Assembly: GCA_964450715.1 (NCBI GenBank)
Contig: CAYVFC010000016.1
Coordinates: 1 to 58,677, forward strand
Length of the DNA: 58,677 nt
Reading direction: 5' to 3'
From: an uncultured Sandaracinaceae bacterium
GTDB taxonomy: Bacteria > Myxococcota_A > Polyangia > Polyangiales > JAFGIB01
Positions 44,279 through 52,410 of this stretch are shown piece after piece. The notes beneath the pieces were generated by a model. The model searched no databases, was not told the DNA's origin, and saw only the letters and a program-made list of their open reading frames with translations. A program made the translations under genes and the position numbers. Every line of letters starts with the position of its first letter. Position 1 is the stretch's first letter.

Positions 44279-45523
44279 GTGTTGCAGAAGCAAGATCGGT
44301 ACTTTCCGGGTTCGTTCCGATTTCGGCCCACGAAGACGCTGTTGGCGGTCGCCGTTCTCTCCATGACCGCGTGCGACGACAGAGCGCGGTTTGAGGGAAG
44401 CTCCACGCAAAACGACGGCTCTTATTTCGTCGGCGGGGCCGGCGGGACGGGCGGAGCTGCCGGCTGGGTTCAGCCCGAGGCCGGTTCCGGTGCGCCGGCG
44501 GCCGGCACCGGGGGTTCGCCTGCCGTCTCGACGGATTCAACAATCGGCTCGACCGCGCCTCCGTCTGACTCGGGCGGAACGGGCGGTCTTGTCGAAGGCG
44601 GGATCGGAGGAGCCGGCGGGGAGATTGTCGCCGGGGGAACCGGGGGAGCCGCCGGAGCCGGCGACCTGGCCGGAACCGGAGGAAGCAGCGGCAATAGCGG
44701 AGCCGGCGGGATTGGAGGAGCCGGCGGGACCGGAGGAACCGGCAGCACTCACGGAACCTGCTGCGCGGATGGTGACTGCCTGTGCCGCGGCTCCGATCCG
44801 ACGGAGCTTACGGCCGCCAACGGACCGTACCAGACCGCGTCGTACACCATCCTGGCCGGAACGGTCTTCTATCCGACCGACGCCGAGCCGCCTTTCGCCG
44901 GGGTTGCGGTCTGCGGCGGCTACATGAACTTCGGTCCCGAAATGGCGGGCTGGGGTACCTTCTACGCCTCTCACGGCATCGTGACGGTGATCACCAGCAC
45001 CTTACCTACCGACACCCCGCCGATACGCGCCGACAAGTTGCTGGCAGCGATAGCGGAGTTAAAGGGGGAGAACACCAAGGCTGGCAGCCCGCTCGAGGGC
45101 AAGCTGAGCGATCGCTTCGGAACCTCCGGATACTCGATGGGCGGCGGGGGCACCACCATCGCCTCGGGCGACGATCCGTCGCTCAGCACTTCGATAGGTC
45201 TGGCAGCCTGGCAACCGGAAGGGCGCGGCGTGCAGGTCCCCACCCTGCTGCTCTGCGGTTCCGCCGATACCACCGCGCCCTGCAGCTACTCCACCGGAGC
45301 GTACAGCGAAATTCCCTCCTCCACACCCAAGCTCCTGCTCGCTATTCAGGGTGGAAGCCACCTCACCGGCTGGTTCAATCCCACCACCGGCGCGGGCCTG
45401 GGGACGTCCGGCAAGTACGCGCTGGCCTTCCAGAAAGTATTTTTGGAGGGAGACGAGCGGTGGAAACCGCTGCTGCTGGTCGAGCCCGCAGACGCCACCG
45501 ACTGGCGTACCAATATCCAATAG
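44279..45523 (+). CDS. lipoprotein alpha/beta hydrolase of the cutinase/PET-hydrolase (polyesterase) type
   Basis: GGGAGG RBS and GTG 44279. Lipobox LSMTAC. A Gly-rich linker. A catalytic domain with the GYSMGGGG nucleophile elbow characteristic of actinobacterial cutinase/PETase-like esterases, and FYPTD...VCGGYMNF upstream of it. Confidence 0.65.
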   Translation: MLQKQDRYFPGSFRFRPTKTLLAVAVLSMTACDDRARFEGSSTQNDGSYFVGGAGGTGGAAGWVQPEAGSGAPAAGTGGSPAVSTDSTIGSTAPPSDSGGTGGLVEGGIGGAGGEIVAGGTGGAAGAGDLAGTGGSSGNSGAGGIGGAGGTGGTGSTHGTCCADGDCLCRGSDPTELTAANGPYQTASYTILAGTVFYPTDAEPPFAGVAVCGGYMNFGPEMAGWGTFYASHGIVTVITSTLPTDTPPIRADKLLAAIAELKGENTKAGSPLEGKLSDRFGTSGYSMGGGGTTIASGDDPSLSTSIGLAAWQPEGRGVQVPTLLLCGSADTTAPCSYSTGAYSEIPSSTPKLLLAIQGGSHLTGWFNPTTGAGLGTSGKYALAFQKVFLEGDERWKPLLLVEPADATDWRTNIQ

Positions 45524-45823
45524 CTACCCGCGAACATTGCTCCCGCCGCTATGGGTGGCGATCACGGCCCGGCGTCTATCGCCACCCATAGCGGCGGGTT
45601 GACCGGCGAGGAACTCGGCTTTGCATAGGGAATCGAATTAGGCCGCAAGATCCGGAACCCGGATCACGCCATCTGAGCGCTACAAAAGCCGCACCGGATC
45701 CCGGTACATTTCGCAGAATACATCTATAAGGCACCCTTCTCCGAGACGTTCTTTATGTATCCCATGACGATCTCTTCTTCGCATTCGCACCGGCCAGACC
45801 AGGCGACGTCAAAACCTTCGAAT

Positions 45824-46378
45824 CTACGGCGGTTCTCCGCTGCCATGGTCGTGGCCCAATGCTGGTCGACTCGATACCGATGGATCGGTACTAAATGTCC
45901 CTCCCTCTGACGACAGCGGTACGCTTCTCGCCTCGTCTACCCATTTCACCGCACGCACGATCGTACCCTTGCCCACTAACGAGAAGATTTCCATCTCGCT
46001 CATCATCCGACTGACCCCGCCCAAACCTCCGCCCAGGCTGCCAGTGGTCGAGTAGCCATCCCGCATGGCTAGCTCGATATTCGCTATTCCCGGACCCCGG
46101 TCGACGGCCTCTACTTCTACGCCCTTGTTTCCGTCGTCCCGGGTGACGATTCTCATGGTGATTTCGCCTCTTCCGGCGTGATCCAGGATGTTCTGTGCTA
46201 GCTCCGAGATGCTCGTTATTATGCTGAGCTTCTTGTTTTTGCCGAGCCCCACCCTGTCAGCCATCTTACCAACCTTAACCCGAGCCGACGAAATATCGGC
46301 CTCGTGGGCGATCGGGATGGTAATGCGGGCCGGGGCCAATATATCTCTCCTTTGGCTCGCCTTTTCGATTCGAGCCAA
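45824..46378 (-). CDS. anti-sigma regulatory factor-like Ser/Thr kinase (HATPase_c, RsbW family)
   Basis: ITIPIAHEADISSARVKV..., an N-box ELAQNILDHAG, and a G-box DRGPGI. Confidence 0.6.
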   Translation of the reverse strand: MARIEKASQRRDILAPARITIPIAHEADISSARVKVGKMADRVGLGKNKKLSIITSISELAQNILDHAGRGEITMRIVTRDDGNKGVEVEAVDRGPGIANIELAMRDGYSTTGSLGGGLGGVSRMMSEMEIFSLVGKGTIVRAVKWVDEARSVPLSSEGGTFSTDPSVSSRPALGHDHGSGEPP

Positions 46379-46550
46379 CAGTCCCGAAAAACCTCCGTAC
46401 TCGACGGTCCTTCCTGCGCTGGCAATGCTTCCGTCAGCATTATACTCGAAAATCTCGCCGACTGCTCGGCCCGCGCCAGACCGTCCTAACTGCGCGAAAA
46501 CACGCCGCTTCTACCACCGAGCCATATTGGCCCCCTGCATGCGTGGGGGT

Positions 46551-47030
46551 CTACTCTGGAAACAGTTCCCATAGTTTTCGCGTCTTCTCATCTATACCCA
46601 CCGGATGCCCTGCCGCGTTCAAGGCGCAATGCTTCGTAAAACCTTTGCAGACAAGCACTCCCGATTCTTTGTGGGTGATTAGATAGTCAAACTGTAACTT
46701 CACCCTTTCCATCTTCGCCGGTCGCGTATGTATCCAAAAAGGCTCATCATAACGAAGCGGCGCATAGTAAGACACCCCGATCTCAATAATCGGATAGACA
46801 TACCCGCTCTGTTCGATTTCCCGATACGGATATCCCGTATCCCTCATCAGCGAGGCTCGTCCTACTTCAAAGTAAACCAAGTAATTCGAATGGTAGACGA
46901 CTCCCGACCGATCGGTGTCTTTATATAGCGTCCGATTGCCGCAGCGATGCCACACCGCTCCGCCGTTTTTGTCGCGTACGAAACACCCTTGTTCTCTAAA
47001 CGGCTCCGGAATAAACGCCTCGGGCTTCAT
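46551..47030 (-). CDS. hotdog-fold acyl-(ACP/CoA) thioesterase
   Basis: 159 aa. YHSNYLVYFEVGR fits the 4HBT/YbgC-type catalytic region. Low-GC gene at the end of the lipid-type cluster. Confidence 0.6.
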   Translation of the reverse strand: MKPEAFIPEPFREQGCFVRDKNGGAVWHRCGNRTLYKDTDRSGVVYHSNYLVYFEVGRASLMRDTGYPYREIEQSGYVYPIIEIGVSYYAPLRYDEPFWIHTRPAKMERVKLQFDYLITHKESGVLVCKGFTKHCALNAAGHPVGIDEKTRKLWELFPE

Positions 47031-47034
47031 CTCA

Positions 47035-48300
47035 TTAGACTCCCCTAAATACTATGCAGCAATTCGTTCCACCAAAGCCGAAGGCATTGGAAAGCATAAT
47101 TTCGTAGTCGTACGAACGCGCTTCATTCGGCACTACATCCATGTCTCTCATTTCCGGATCGGGAATGTAATTGATCGTCGGCAATAAGATCCCGTTTAGC
47201 ATGGCCTCTATTGAAAGCGCCGCTTCGATTGCGGCTGCCGCGCCGAGCGTATGCCCTATCTGCGATTTTGTTGACGAAATAGGAATGGCTCGCATTCTTT
47301 CGCCGAACACCTTCCGAAGACAATCTATTTCGATTCGGTCCCCCGTCGGAGTCGACGTGCCGTGAGCATTTATATATTGTATATCCTGCGGCTGCAGTTC
47401 CGCGTCTTCGATAGCTTCGGAAATAGCCCTGGTCACCGTTTCCGGGTGGGGTCGGGTGAAATGGTGCGCATCAGACGTCCAACCCACGCCGCATACTTCA
47501 GCGATGGCTCGCAACCCATGCGCCTTTACTATTTCCTGGGCCCCCAAAACCAACACGGCGCAGCCTTCCGAAAGCACCATCCCTTTTCTATCGACACTAA
47601 ACGGCCTTGACGCCGTCTTGGGATCTCCAAACGCTCGATCCTCGGGGACCACTTTGATGGTGGCGTTCATGTTGGCAAAACCGTGGATGATTTCTGGAAT
47701 GAGACAGGTGTCCACGCCCCCTACCAATGCAAAATCGCAATCACCGTCGCGTATCATACGCGCGCCGATTCCAATGGCGTGATTACCCGAGGCGCAGGCG
47801 CCTTGTGGAGAGAATATCGGTCCTGTGAATCCAAACCTCATCGACGCTTTGCCTGACGGTATATTGGCGCACAAATTGGGCAACAAAAACGGGCTTATCC
47901 GTAGCGGACCCTTTTCCAATAAGGTCTTCATTGCCACCCGATACGCATCGCTTCCATTCAACGCCGACCCTATCAAGCAAGCGATTCGCCCGCTGGTCGC
48001 CTCTTCTATCCTCAAACCTGACCGGTTCAACGCCTCCTCACAAACAGCCATCGTCAATAGGACAAAACCGGCGTTCCAGTTATAGACCTCCTTCCGGTCT
48101 ATATAGGAAAGCGATAGCGGATCCCAGTCAGGAATTTCGCCCACGACATCGCTCAAACAATCTACCTTGCAGCGCGATAGTTTTCGAAACCCCGAATCTC
48201 CCTGAACGGCCCGCGAATAGCTTTTGTCGAAACTGAAACCTAGCGGCGTAGCCGCACCATAACCGAGGACCATTACGCGTCTGTTCTGAGGCGGTTTCAT
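47035..48300 (-). CDS. beta-ketoacyl-ACP synthase (KAS I/II type)
   Basis: Active-site GACASGNHAIG, the catalytic His pair context (NAHGTSTPTGD), and a C-terminal GFGGTN. Confidence 0.85.
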   Translation of the reverse strand: MKPPQNRRVMVLGYGAATPLGFSFDKSYSRAVQGDSGFRKLSRCKVDCLSDVVGEIPDWDPLSLSYIDRKEVYNWNAGFVLLTMAVCEEALNRSGLRIEEATSGRIACLIGSALNGSDAYRVAMKTLLEKGPLRISPFLLPNLCANIPSGKASMRFGFTGPIFSPQGACASGNHAIGIGARMIRDGDCDFALVGGVDTCLIPEIIHGFANMNATIKVVPEDRAFGDPKTASRPFSVDRKGMVLSEGCAVLVLGAQEIVKAHGLRAIAEVCGVGWTSDAHHFTRPHPETVTRAISEAIEDAELQPQDIQYINAHGTSTPTGDRIEIDCLRKVFGERMRAIPISSTKSQIGHTLGAAAAIEAALSIEAMLNGILLPTINYIPDPEMRDMDVVPNEARSYDYEIMLSNAFGFGGTNCCIVFRGV

Positions 48301-48320
48301 ATTCGATTAGTATTTTCGGC

Positions 48321-49586
48321 CTAACCCGCGCGCCGGAAGATTATGCAGGAGTTGCATCCCCCGAATCCAAACGAATTCTTTAAAACCGTCCTTTGTTCTA
48401 TCCTTCGCCTTCGATCCGGCACGCAATCGAGATCGAGGTCCGGGTCCGGTTTGTAGTTGATAGTTGGCGGTAAAACGTCTTCGAGCATGCCTTTTACCGC
48501 AAATATCGATTCGATCGCGCTCGATGCACCCATCGCGTGCCCGATAAGAGATTTGTTAGCCGATACCGGAGGTATCCGCGACCCGAATACGTTCTTTAGG
48601 GCTTCGTATTCGACTTGGTCCCCTACTTTGGTCGAAGCCGCGTGAGCGTTGATAGCATCGACGCCGTCAGGCTCGAGGTCGGCGTCTTCAATCGCCTCGG
48701 CGATACACCGGGTCACGGTAGGCAGATGCGGGACAACCACGTGATGAGCGTCCGCGGTCATGCTGAATCCAGCTATTTCAATTTCGTACGGAATACCATG
48801 AGCTCGTGCGAATTGTCGCGTAGCAATAATTATCGCGCCCGCGCCTTCCGATAAAACGAATCCCCTTCGGTCGATCGAAAAGGGACTGCTCGCCTCTTGG
48901 GGTGGCCGCGGTTTTCCGTCTTTTTGATGATGCAGGCAGTTCATGGTGTAAAAGCCCGCTACCAACGCCTCGATCAAGGGAAAATCCACCGCTCCGCATA
49001 TCGCCACTTCCGCCCGCCCCAAAGCCAGCAACATCGCTCCCGTAATCATCGAGGTCGCTCCGGTGGCGCAAGCGGTAATGGTCGACGTTATCGGGCCGGT
49101 CGCTTTGGCGAAAATCGCGACCTGTCCCCCTACCATGTTTATGCACGCGTTCGGATTTACATACGGCAGAGGCAGCCTCTTTTCCCGCACCAAACGCCTA
49201 TCCGCCTTAATAAGCGCGTCCATTCCTCCGATGGCTGAGCTCATGGTAACCGCGGTTCGGGGCGACAAGGCCCGGTCGATTTCGATACCGCTGTTCTTCA
49301 ACGCTCGGTGCACGACTAGCAATGCATGTTTGAATATCGGAGAGGACCAATGCGCCATTTCTCTCGGTTTGAGAAAGTCGTAACCCCCTGTATCGATCTC
49401 CTCGACCTCTCCCGCCGCGAAGACGGGTAACTCTACAGTCGGTTGAAATCGCGTCAAAACGCGAATGCCGCTCTTTCCCTCTTTGGCGCGATCCCACTGC
49501 GATTGAAACTCCGTACCTAGAGGCGATACCGCATCATACCCTATAATAACCGCTGTTCGGTCGTTCGAGGCCACCCAGATCACCAC
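48321..49586 (-). CDS. beta-ketoacyl-ACP synthase (second, divergent KAS)
   Basis: Active-site TACATGATS, NAHAASTKVGD, and a C-terminal GFGGCN. Overlaps the upstream radical SAM gene stop. Confidence 0.8.
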   Translation of the reverse strand: MVIWVASNDRTAVIIGYDAVSPLGTEFQSQWDRAKEGKSGIRVLTRFQPTVELPVFAAGEVEEIDTGGYDFLKPREMAHWSSPIFKHALLVVHRALKNSGIEIDRALSPRTAVTMSSAIGGMDALIKADRRLVREKRLPLPYVNPNACINMVGGQVAIFAKATGPITSTITACATGATSMITGAMLLALGRAEVAICGAVDFPLIEALVAGFYTMNCLHHQKDGKPRPPQEASSPFSIDRRGFVLSEGAGAIIIATRQFARAHGIPYEIEIAGFSMTADAHHVVVPHLPTVTRCIAEAIEDADLEPDGVDAINAHAASTKVGDQVEYEALKNVFGSRIPPVSANKSLIGHAMGASSAIESIFAVKGMLEDVLPPTINYKPDPDLDLDCVPDRRRRIEQRTVLKNSFGFGGCNSCIIFRRAG

Positions 49587-50578
49587 GGAATGAAGCGATA
49601 CAGCTTGGCGAACATCTCGTAGACTTCGACCCAGTTCTGCAAATCCTCGGACGATTTCAGGTGAGCGCGCTTGTTAACCATGATCCAACTCATGTGCGCA
49701 GCGCCGTCTTTACAAGTAACGCAATCTCGGGTTTCGGATGTGCAACAACGGTGCATGGTCTTTAAGTCTGAGGCCCAACGTCGAAAACGTATCAATCGCC
49801 TCACCGGCGGCTCGCGTTTATCCATCGTTTCCGTGACCGAAGGGCATTCCGTCCAGCCAAATTGACGACCGCACATCCGTCCCGTGGCGAGAACGCGGTG
49901 ATAATACTTGGAAGAAATGACCGTATCCGGATAGGCGTCCAGCATGGCGTCCATTTCCACCCTTATCGCCTCTAGTTTCTCCTCGGTCCAAAAAAACTCA
50001 TCCATGGCTTCGTCGTTCGACAGAAGCTGCATGTGGACTTTGACGCCCGTGTCTCTTATCCGTCTAATAATCCGCTCGGTCTTCCCGATCTGTCTCGGCG
50101 TAATCGTATATAGATAATACGTATAAGGGTCGCCTTGATAGTTGGCGCTCGAAATAGAGAACGTGTCCCTGCCTCGCAATTTCTTTTCGTCCTCTTCATC
50201 ACCCCAGAGCGATATTCCCACCATCATATCCGGAAAGCGATCGCGAGGTACTTTTATCAAGCCATTAGTCGCGCAAAAAGTCGGCAACCGCCTGTAAAAC
50301 GCTTCAACGCGATCTAAGCAAAGCGTCGGTTCGCCCCCGATTAGAATCGCCAGGTTCACGCCCCTGGCTTCTTCTTCTTCTATGAACCCCTCCCAACGGC
50401 CAACATCGTTCTCTTCACCCGCGACATTGTGCTCGTTAGACGAAAAGAAAAAGCAGCCTTTGCAGCGCAGATTGCAGCGATTAGTGACGTCGTAGATAGA
50501 GCTTCTGATATTGAGTTGTGAAATCGCCTTGTATCTTCTAACCCAATCGGTGTCGAGCAACGAACTTACGGTTTTCAT
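49580..50578 (-). CDS. radical SAM protein, HpnH/MqnE-like (non-SPASM) with C-terminal Cys cluster
   Basis: DVTNRCNLRCKGC cluster motif, and a C-terminal CGRQ...HRCCTSETRDCVTC region. Confidence 0.75.
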   Translation of the reverse strand: MKTVSSLLDTDWVRRYKAISQLNIRSSIYDVTNRCNLRCKGCFFFSSNEHNVAGEENDVGRWEGFIEEEEARGVNLAILIGGEPTLCLDRVEAFYRRLPTFCATNGLIKVPRDRFPDMMVGISLWGDEEDEKKLRGRDTFSISSANYQGDPYTYYLYTITPRQIGKTERIIRRIRDTGVKVHMQLLSNDEAMDEFFWTEEKLEAIRVEMDAMLDAYPDTVISSKYYHRVLATGRMCGRQFGWTECPSVTETMDKREPPVRRLIRFRRWASDLKTMHRCCTSETRDCVTCKDGAAHMSWIMVNKRAHLKSSEDLQNWVEVYEMFAKLYRFIPW

Positions 50579-51702
50579 ATACTTTTCTCTGAGAACGGTA
50601 TTGCTTCTGAACGTTTCGGCCTCGGCGGGGCAACCGTCCTATCACTCAGGTTTTCTCCCTTCTCGTACCCCATGACCCAAACCGCTAGATAAGTATCTAC
50701 GTAGTCTAGCCACGCCTTAAAGGTATCGGGGTCGATCGCGTGACGAAATAACCGCGCGGTAACCACGGCGCTTCCCGCCGCGTAGTGTCGGCATTGCGCG
50801 CAATCCGTATCCGGCACACAACACGCAGCGCTTCGGTCCCAGCTCAAGTCTGCTCGATACTGGCGGAACGAACGCCCTAGGCCGATTTCCCGAGACGGAT
50901 TTCTTCTCGGATAGGAACATTCAAATAGATCGTGCAGTCCGCGCTCGCCCGTATGAGCCACTGCGTTATATGAGGAAAACAGGATCGAATCGGGATACCG
51001 CGCGAGTAATTTCAGCATGATTCGGCGCACACGCGTCAACGATTCTTCCGTGTGCGCGAGCACACCGTCGTATCCGACCGGCGGCGAAAAGACGTTGAAG
51101 GTAGCTTTTAGATTCGCTTGAGCCAAGGCGTCAACTACGGTATGCGCTTCCTCGATGTTAGACCTGGTAAAAGTATATACGAACACGGCGCGAGGGTCGC
51201 CTTTATAATTGGCAATTTGCTTTTGTAGAAGACTTTTGGCCTTTCGATATCTTTCACTGGTACGATCGTCTCCCCATACCGAGATGTGGATTCTATATCC
51301 TATCGAATCGGGAATCTTTCTAACGCCGTTGGTCGCAATGGCGCCTAGCGGGATCTCGTCAAAGCAGGCCTGACAGATATCCGGGACCAAAGAAGGTTCG
51401 GCACCGGCGAGTACCGCATAGGTAATGCCGCGCTGCTTTTCCGCCGCTAATAACTGACGCCATCTCTCCGCATTCGGCTCGTTCTGCGCAAACTGTTTCT
51501 CTCCTTCGTAATAGTAGCAGCCGTCGCAACGGAGGTTGCAGCGATTAGTCAGGTCGTAGGTGGACTCACGCAAGAAAAAATAGCGGCGCACGCTATTCCA
51601 TCGCGATCGGATATTCGGTTCCTTTAGCAGATCGGAAAATCGCCAGGCTTCCCGGCTGGGCTCTTCCTTTCCGCTTAGCGAGGCTGTTCGGCTAAGTCTC
51701 AT
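50575..51702 (-). CDS. radical SAM protein, HpnH/MqnE-like (paralogue)
   Basis: DLTNRCNLRCDGC, and a C-terminal AACCVPDTDCAQC region. Overlaps the downstream gene start by 4 nt. Confidence 0.75.
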   Translation of the reverse strand: MRLSRTASLSGKEEPSREAWRFSDLLKEPNIRSRWNSVRRYFFLRESTYDLTNRCNLRCDGCYYYEGEKQFAQNEPNAERWRQLLAAEKQRGITYAVLAGAEPSLVPDICQACFDEIPLGAIATNGVRKIPDSIGYRIHISVWGDDRTSERYRKAKSLLQKQIANYKGDPRAVFVYTFTRSNIEEAHTVVDALAQANLKATFNVFSPPVGYDGVLAHTEESLTRVRRIMLKLLARYPDSILFSSYNAVAHTGERGLHDLFECSYPRRNPSREIGLGRSFRQYRADLSWDRSAACCVPDTDCAQCRHYAAGSAVVTARLFRHAIDPDTFKAWLDYVDTYLAVWVMGYEKGENLSDRTVAPPRPKRSEAIPFSEKSI

Positions 51703-51771
51703 CCCTGATGCGCACTATTGTTCGATACACAGCATTTACGCCGGCGGTAGTGCCGTTATCGGCCCCAATAT

Positions 51772-52035
51772 CTATCCGCTCTTCTTTTCGATATAATCTG
51801 CGATTAGACTAATCGTCGTGAGCTTCGGATAGTCGTCTTCGTCGATACGAACGTTATACTCATCCTGCAGAATAAGCGCGATCGTAGCCAGGTCCATGCT
51901 GTCAATTCCCAGCTCATCGACCAGATGGAGATCCGGATCGAATGTCTCGGCGGTCACGTCCTCTAGTTTGAGCTCGTCAATGATGATCTCTGCAATATGG
52001 AGAATCACTTCGTCTTGGCTGATTCTATCGAGCAT
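51772..52035 (-). CDS. acyl carrier protein
   Basis: 88 aa from ATG 52035 (GGGAGAC RBS). DELGIDSMDLATI phosphopantetheine-attachment motif. The longer ORF-track N-terminus is rejected. Confidence 0.75.
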   Translation of the reverse strand: MLDRISQDEVILHIAEIIIDELKLEDVTAETFDPDLHLVDELGIDSMDLATIALILQDEYNVRIDEDDYPKLTTISLIADYIEKKSG

Positions 52036-52410
52036 AACGGTCGTCTCCCAGTATGATAAAAGCCGCGCGAAAGCCCCGACCGGGCTCGGATTGGAACGGA
52101 TCCTAGCTCGACTATTTTTCGGCGCAAAGAAATTAAAAGGCAAGAGGATTCGGGAGTCTGAAGGCGGCAACCAGAGGATTAATTGCTGATATTTCGCCCA
52201 TTTTCCGCCGGTCGAGGGCCGCTTCTTCGCCTCGGTCGAAAAGCGGTGCGATTTTGAAAAGCAGCGACGCAACGGATGGGGTCGCCCCGTCCGAAGGACG
52301 ACGGGAGGGGTTTTAGGGCTCAAACCCCGTAGAACTCACTCCGCCGCACGCGCCGCGCCGCTGCCGTATCTACGGGCGCAACCGCATTACACGGCATGTC
52401 CGAGAACAGC

